Assembly (NCBI RefSeq): GCF_000142905.1
Contig: NW_013657601.1
Coordinates: 38,708 to 49,571 of the forward strand
Direction: 5' to 3'
Origin: Thecamonas trahens ATCC 50062
Lineage: Eukaryota; Protista; Apusomonadida
Length of the DNA: 10,864 bases
This document shows positions 7,325 through 10,864 of this stretch, piece after piece; position 1 is the stretch's first letter, and each line of letters begins with the position of its first letter. The notes below the pieces were generated by a model. It saw only the letters and a list, made by a program, of their open reading frames with translations. It did no database searches and had not been told where the DNA came from. Position numbers and translations under genes: made by a program.

Positions 7325-8152
7325 CTAGACTCGCCCAAGAGAGGCACGGACTTCGCGAGCGACACCCACAGCGTCGGCCATGCGCGCATCTTCCGCATCC
7401 ACCGCAAGGCCGGCGGCAGTGATGGCAGACTCGAGGTCGCGGATGCGCCGCGCCCGGAGCGCAACCTCTTCCGACGGCGTCCGCTGCTGCCGGAGCCGCT
7501 CCAGCTCCGCCTCGGCTTCGTCGCACGCGTCGTTGAGGATGGCCAGATGCGCCTCAAGCTCGCCTGCCAGCGTGGCCATGTCGGCCGTCTCCATCTCCGC
7601 CAGCGCAGCCCGCGCCGCCACATCAGTTGTCGGCCTGCGGGTAGCAGGGCTCGGCCCAGCGCTCGGCGAGAGCACCACCTCCCTCACCTCGTCCTCCTCC
7701 GACCGCATCGAGTCGAGCAGGGGCGAGACCTGCTCCAGAAAGCCCGAGACATCCACGTCGATGTCATCATCACGGCCCTCCTGTCCTCTACCACCACTCC
7801 TCGCCGATCCTCGCGGCCGCCGCCTTGCTCCACCCGCCGCCATCCCCATCCCCATCGGCGATCCCAGGACCATCTCCATAGCTGCATCATCATTGAACGA
7901 TCGTCCCTGAAAGCCAGCTCGCCTCCCACCGCTTCCACGTCTTCCGCCGCTTCCACCGCTTCCACCGCTTCCACCGCTTCCACCGCTTCCAGTCAGCTGA
8001 GCCAACAGCTCCTCGTCCATTCGCAGCAGCTCCCGAGTGGCAGCAGCCCGACCACCACCACCACCACCACCACCACCACCACTACCACCGTGCCGTCCCC
8101 TCCGTCGTGTCCGTGTCGGAGAAGGCGTGTCCAGGTCGAACACTGCCGCCAT
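7325..8152 (-). CDS. Hypothetical protein (~275 aa): Gly-rich disordered N-half, acidic coiled-coil C-terminal region
   Basis: Long open frame with codon usage like its neighbours, starting at AACATGG (ATG 8152). It has poly-Gly and GGS repeats and a heptad-like C-terminus (LAGELEAHLAILNDACDEAEAELERLRQQ, RARRIRDLESAI). No family recognised. Confidence 0.75.
   Translation of the reverse strand: MAAVFDLDTPSPTRTRRRGRHGGSGGGGGGGGGGRAAATRELLRMDEELLAQLTGSGGSGGSGGSGGSGGRRGSGGRRAGFQGRSFNDDAAMEMVLGSPMGMGMAAGGARRRPRGSARSGGRGQEGRDDDIDVDVSGFLEQVSPLLDSMRSEEDEVREVVLSPSAGPSPATRRPTTDVAARAALAEMETADMATLAGELEAHLAILNDACDEAEAELERLRQQRTPSEEVALRARRIRDLESAITAAGLAVDAEDARMADAVGVAREVRASLGRV
7947..7991. repeat. 9-bp tandem repeat (CCGCTTCCA)x5 encoding GSG/GGS repeats
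   Basis: Five exact copies read directly; degenerate copies lie just upstream. Confidence 0.9.
8051..8089. repeat. (ACC)n microsatellite encoding poly-Gly on the minus strand
   Basis: ACC x10, ACT, ACC x2. Confidence 0.9.
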
Positions 8153-8400
8153 GTTCCATGGACAAGTGTCGTATCCTCTCTCGCTTTGGTCGTTGACGAG
8201 CAAGCGTTAACCGCACCTTGTGAGGGCGGGGGGGGGGAGGGGGGGGGGGGTGGGCAGAAACTACCCACACCTTCAGCACCTGGTCGATTCTGGCTCTATC
8301 AGATTTGCGTTCAATGTGGGTGATGATGACGGTTTCGCCAGGATCATCCCAACCCCAGCAGCCATCAACCCGATGACCATTCCTGCCGGTGAAGGCGTCA

Positions 8401-8462
8401 GCGATCACGATGGCGATCACGATCACAATGGCGATCACGATCATGACGGCGATCACGATCAC
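8401..8462. repeat. 18-bp minisatellite with core GGCGATCACGATCA (~3.5 copies) between divergent genes
   Basis: Copies at 8412-8429, 8430-8447 and 8448-8462, plus a partial copy at 8401-8411; built from GATCAC hexamers. Confidence 0.85.
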
Positions 8463-8520
8463 CAACACTCCACCCACCCCACCACACCACCCCCACCCCC
8501 TACGGCTGCAGACACACACC

Positions 8521-10119
8521 ATGTCCACCGCCGAGTCACTTCCCCTCTCACATTCTCTTCTCAACTACTACCGTGCACGCATTGGTACGCCCCCCCGCCC
8601 CGCCTTGCCACCCCCCCCCCCCCGCCCTTCTTCCACCCCACCAGCCGTTGGCCGTCTGACGGCCTTTTGGCGCGCACCAGCCAACAACTCCCACCCACAC
8701 CACCATACTCACTCGACAATGATCGGCTTCAATGGCCAACATGGGTGAATGCGTGTGTGGGCAGAGGAGTTTGAGGCCGAGCGTGCGCTGCTCATTCGCA
8801 AGATCGAACAGTGTGATGTCTCACACGAGGTCATGCATCGGACTCAATGGGAGAGCAGGAAGAAGGCAGAGGAGATCGAGAGCTTGCAGAGAGCTCTCAA
8901 TGAGGCTCATTTGTATGTGTATGACGAGCGCCAGCAGCTGCTGCAAGTGTATGCAGAAAACGATGAGATGCGCGTGCAGGAGCTGGAGGATCGGAGGAAG
9001 ATCAAGCAGCTGCTCGCCCTGACAAAGCCGGTCGCCTCAGAGGTCACCTACATGCCCGGCCGCGAGCCTGTCCGCATGCGCCGCTTTCTCGGTGCCGACG
9101 CCGATGTTGAGGCTGCCGACGCCACAGATGGCGCGGGCGCGGGCACAGGCGCCTCGGATGAGAACAACAAGCCCATGGGATCGTCGACATGGTCGGCAGC
9201 CGCCGAGTCGCGCAAGGCTCCGCACGTGGAGGCCCCACCGCGTGCCCCCCATCCGGGTTCGGCTGTCCCACCTGGTGCCCGCAAGTCTGGCGTCCGCGTC
9301 CTTCGCACTGTATACATGCCGAACGATGAGAATGACACCCTGCTGCTGACCATCGAGACCCTGAGGGCCCAAGTCGCCGAGCGCGACCAGCTGCTGGCAG
9401 AGACCAAGGCCGCGTACAAGGAGGACCGTGCCCGCCTGCTGGAAGAGGCCGAGGTGCGCCGTCTGCACGACGCAGCCAAGATCGACGAGCTGCTCAAGGC
9501 CAATGCATCGCTGCAGGCCCTCCTCACCGCCAACACCAAAGAGTATCTCACCTTCCGCCACAACGCCCAGATGACCCAGCGGCTGATGAAGGAGGACAAC
9601 GAGGCCCTGCTCGATGCCAACAAGCGGCTCCGCTATGAGGCTCAGGACGCCAACTCGCGCGCCCGCCTCGAGTCCAAGGTCGCCGCCAAGTCGGCCTCGG
9701 CCGCCGGCAAGGAGGTCGCCGCCCAGCTCCGTGCCACCGCCAAGGCCGCCAAGGCTGCCGCCGCCAAGGCCGAAGCCGCCCGCAGCGCCGACGCCGAAGC
9801 GTCGTCCGCCAAGATCAAGGCCCTCACCGAGCGCGTCAACATGCTCTCCAACGAGCTTGGCCGTGAGTCCAAGCGCTGGGCTCTCGAAAAGGAGGGCTAC
9901 GTCAACCAGGTCCAGCAGCTCAAGGACGAGCTTGCCCGGTCGCAGGCGACCCTCTGGCGGGTCCAGGCCGAGGCAGCCGGCAACGGCGCCGACGACTATG
10001 AGCTCGAAGTGCTCAACGCCGCCCTCGCCACCGCAGGCCGTTCCAAGGCTGTCGTTGGTGGCCTCAACCGGCTCAAGGCCCGCGTTCGTGCCATGGAGGC
10101 CGCCGCCGCCGATCAGTAG
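8521..10119 (+). CDS. CCDC77: Coiled-coil domain-containing protein 77 homologue (centriole/basal-body protein); exons 8521-8584 and 8765-10119, 472 aa
   Basis: The spliced N-terminus LPLSHSLLNYYRARIEEFEAE...EEIESLQRALNEAHLYVYDERQQLLQVYAENDEMRVQELEDRRKIKQLLAL....SEVTY matches my recollection of CCDC77 (S.ELLEYY...EEIAELQKALSD...ERE.[23 protein letters not shown].LLAL...EVTY). Long coiled coils follow. Phase-1 intron G|AG. Confidence 0.85.
8585..8764 (+). other. 180-nt intron of the CCDC77 homologue
   Basis: Donor G|GTACGC at 8585, then poly-C, acceptor GGGCAG ending at 8764. Splicing joins two parts of the conserved N-terminal motif in frame. Confidence 0.85.
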
Positions 10120-10366
10120 CCGATGTAAACGAGACCCCCCCTGTCTTCGACGCCGAGACGCACCAGCAGCCATTTTGCCATGTCACGCCACCGATCAGTA
10201 GCCGATGTAAGCCCCCCCAGCCGATGTAAGCTCCCAGCCGACCAAGACGCACCAGCAGCCATTTTGCCATGTCACGCCACCGATCAGTAGCCGATGTAAG
10301 CTCCCAGCCGATGTAAGCCCCCAGCCGACCAAGACGCACCACCAGCAGCCATTTCGCCATGTCACG
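10105..10366. repeat. Nested tandem repeat, three ~82-89 bp units, overlapping the CCDC77 stop codon
   Basis: CCGATCAGTAGCCGATGTAA recurs with GATC at 10111, 10193 and 10282. AGACGCACC...AGCAGCCATTTYGCCATGTCACG occurs three times. AGCCGATGTAA occurs five times as a sub-repeat. Confidence 0.92.
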
Positions 10367-10439
10367 TTCGGCGACTCCCGCCAGTGGTGACACCACTCCC
10401 AGACGCACACACACGACCTGACAAGGGCAACACGTGACT

Positions 10440-10864
10440 CTCTCTCCCTTCTTCCCCCCCCCCCCCCCCCCCCCCCCCAAAAAAAAAGAAAAAAAAAAAA
10501 AAAATGGGTTTGTACATCCGAGGAACGGGGCAAAGGGAAATGTGGGGGACCGGCGGGGGAAGCCCCTTTTTTTTTGTGATATATAAAGGGCAAAAAACAA
10601 AAAAACAGGGAGGAGCGGTGGGGGAAGATACAAGGGGGGCAGGGGGGAGTACACCTATGTGGGGACGCCAAGGCGCTCTGTTAGGAGAGAGCGTGAGTCC
10701 CCCTTTTGACAACACCAGGATCTGTGGGAGAGGGGGTGGGAAAAAAAGAGGGGATTGTTCTGGCATGATATTCCCCCCCCCGCCACGCTACGGGGGATAG
10801 TTGCCACACACCAGGTGAATGCTAGAGGGGGGGGAGAAAGGGTATTATGAGAAAACACTTTTTT
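10440..10864. other. Homopolymer-rich low-complexity tail, possibly low-quality sequence near a contig end
   Basis: Long poly-C followed directly by poly-A, then many A/G/T/C runs, with an abrupt compositional change and no credible ORF. Confidence 0.55.

Noticed and set aside
8153-8166. RFX X-box-like GTTCCATGGACAA upstream of centriolar CCDC77
   Set aside because: Spacing does not fit GTTNCCATGGNAAC, and the site abuts the neighbouring gene's start codon.
8321-8400. C/D-box snoRNA suggested by GTGATGA near 8320
   Set aside because: No downstream CTGA D-box at a suitable distance and no terminal stem.
10105-10366. CRISPR-like appearance of recurring CCGATCAGTAGCCGATGTAA
   Set aside because: The intervening sequences are themselves repeated rather than unique spacers, there are no cas genes, and the context is eukaryotic.
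10383-10397. Palindrome AGTGGTG-A-CACCACT and nearby CACGTG (10431-10436)
   Set aside because: Isolated short motifs with no associated gene start or second copy; compatible with chance.
10440-10864. ORFs, or a retro-element poly-A tail, in the terminal region
   Set aside because: The translations are homopolymer-driven (poly-F/G/K), no target-site duplication or element body is visible, and the pattern resembles degraded sequence.

Overview
Compact, GC-rich genomic DNA from a unicellular eukaryote, probably flagellated (GT-AG introns, a CCA-less tRNA with a Pol III T-run, a proteasome lid subunit, a centriolar CCDC77 homologue). Gene order: (+) hybrid cluster protein (Hcp); its first exon(s) lie upstream of the window and it has a 1-nt frameshift near 1080. 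(+) stand-alone FMN/FAD diflavin reductase of the CPR/NOS-reductase/BM3-reductase type, with a mitochondrial-presequence-like N-terminus and no NADPH 2'-phosphate-binding residues. About 730 bp of unexplained sequence. (-) small heat-shock protein. (+) tRNA-Cys(GCA) with an atypical U53:A61 pair. (-) proteasome subunit Rpn3/PSMD3, 2 exons. (-) Gly-rich/coiled-coil hypothetical protein. (+) CCDC77 homologue, 2 exons, followed by a nested ~85-bp tandem repeat that copies its stop codon. The window ends in homopolymer-rich sequence. The best candidate for a new system is the adjacent hcp + atypical diflavin reductase pair: a possible eukaryotic, organellar analogue of the bacterial hcp-hcr nitric-oxide/hydroxylamine reductase module with a different class of electron donor. 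All family calls come from motifs recognised by eye; no searches were run.
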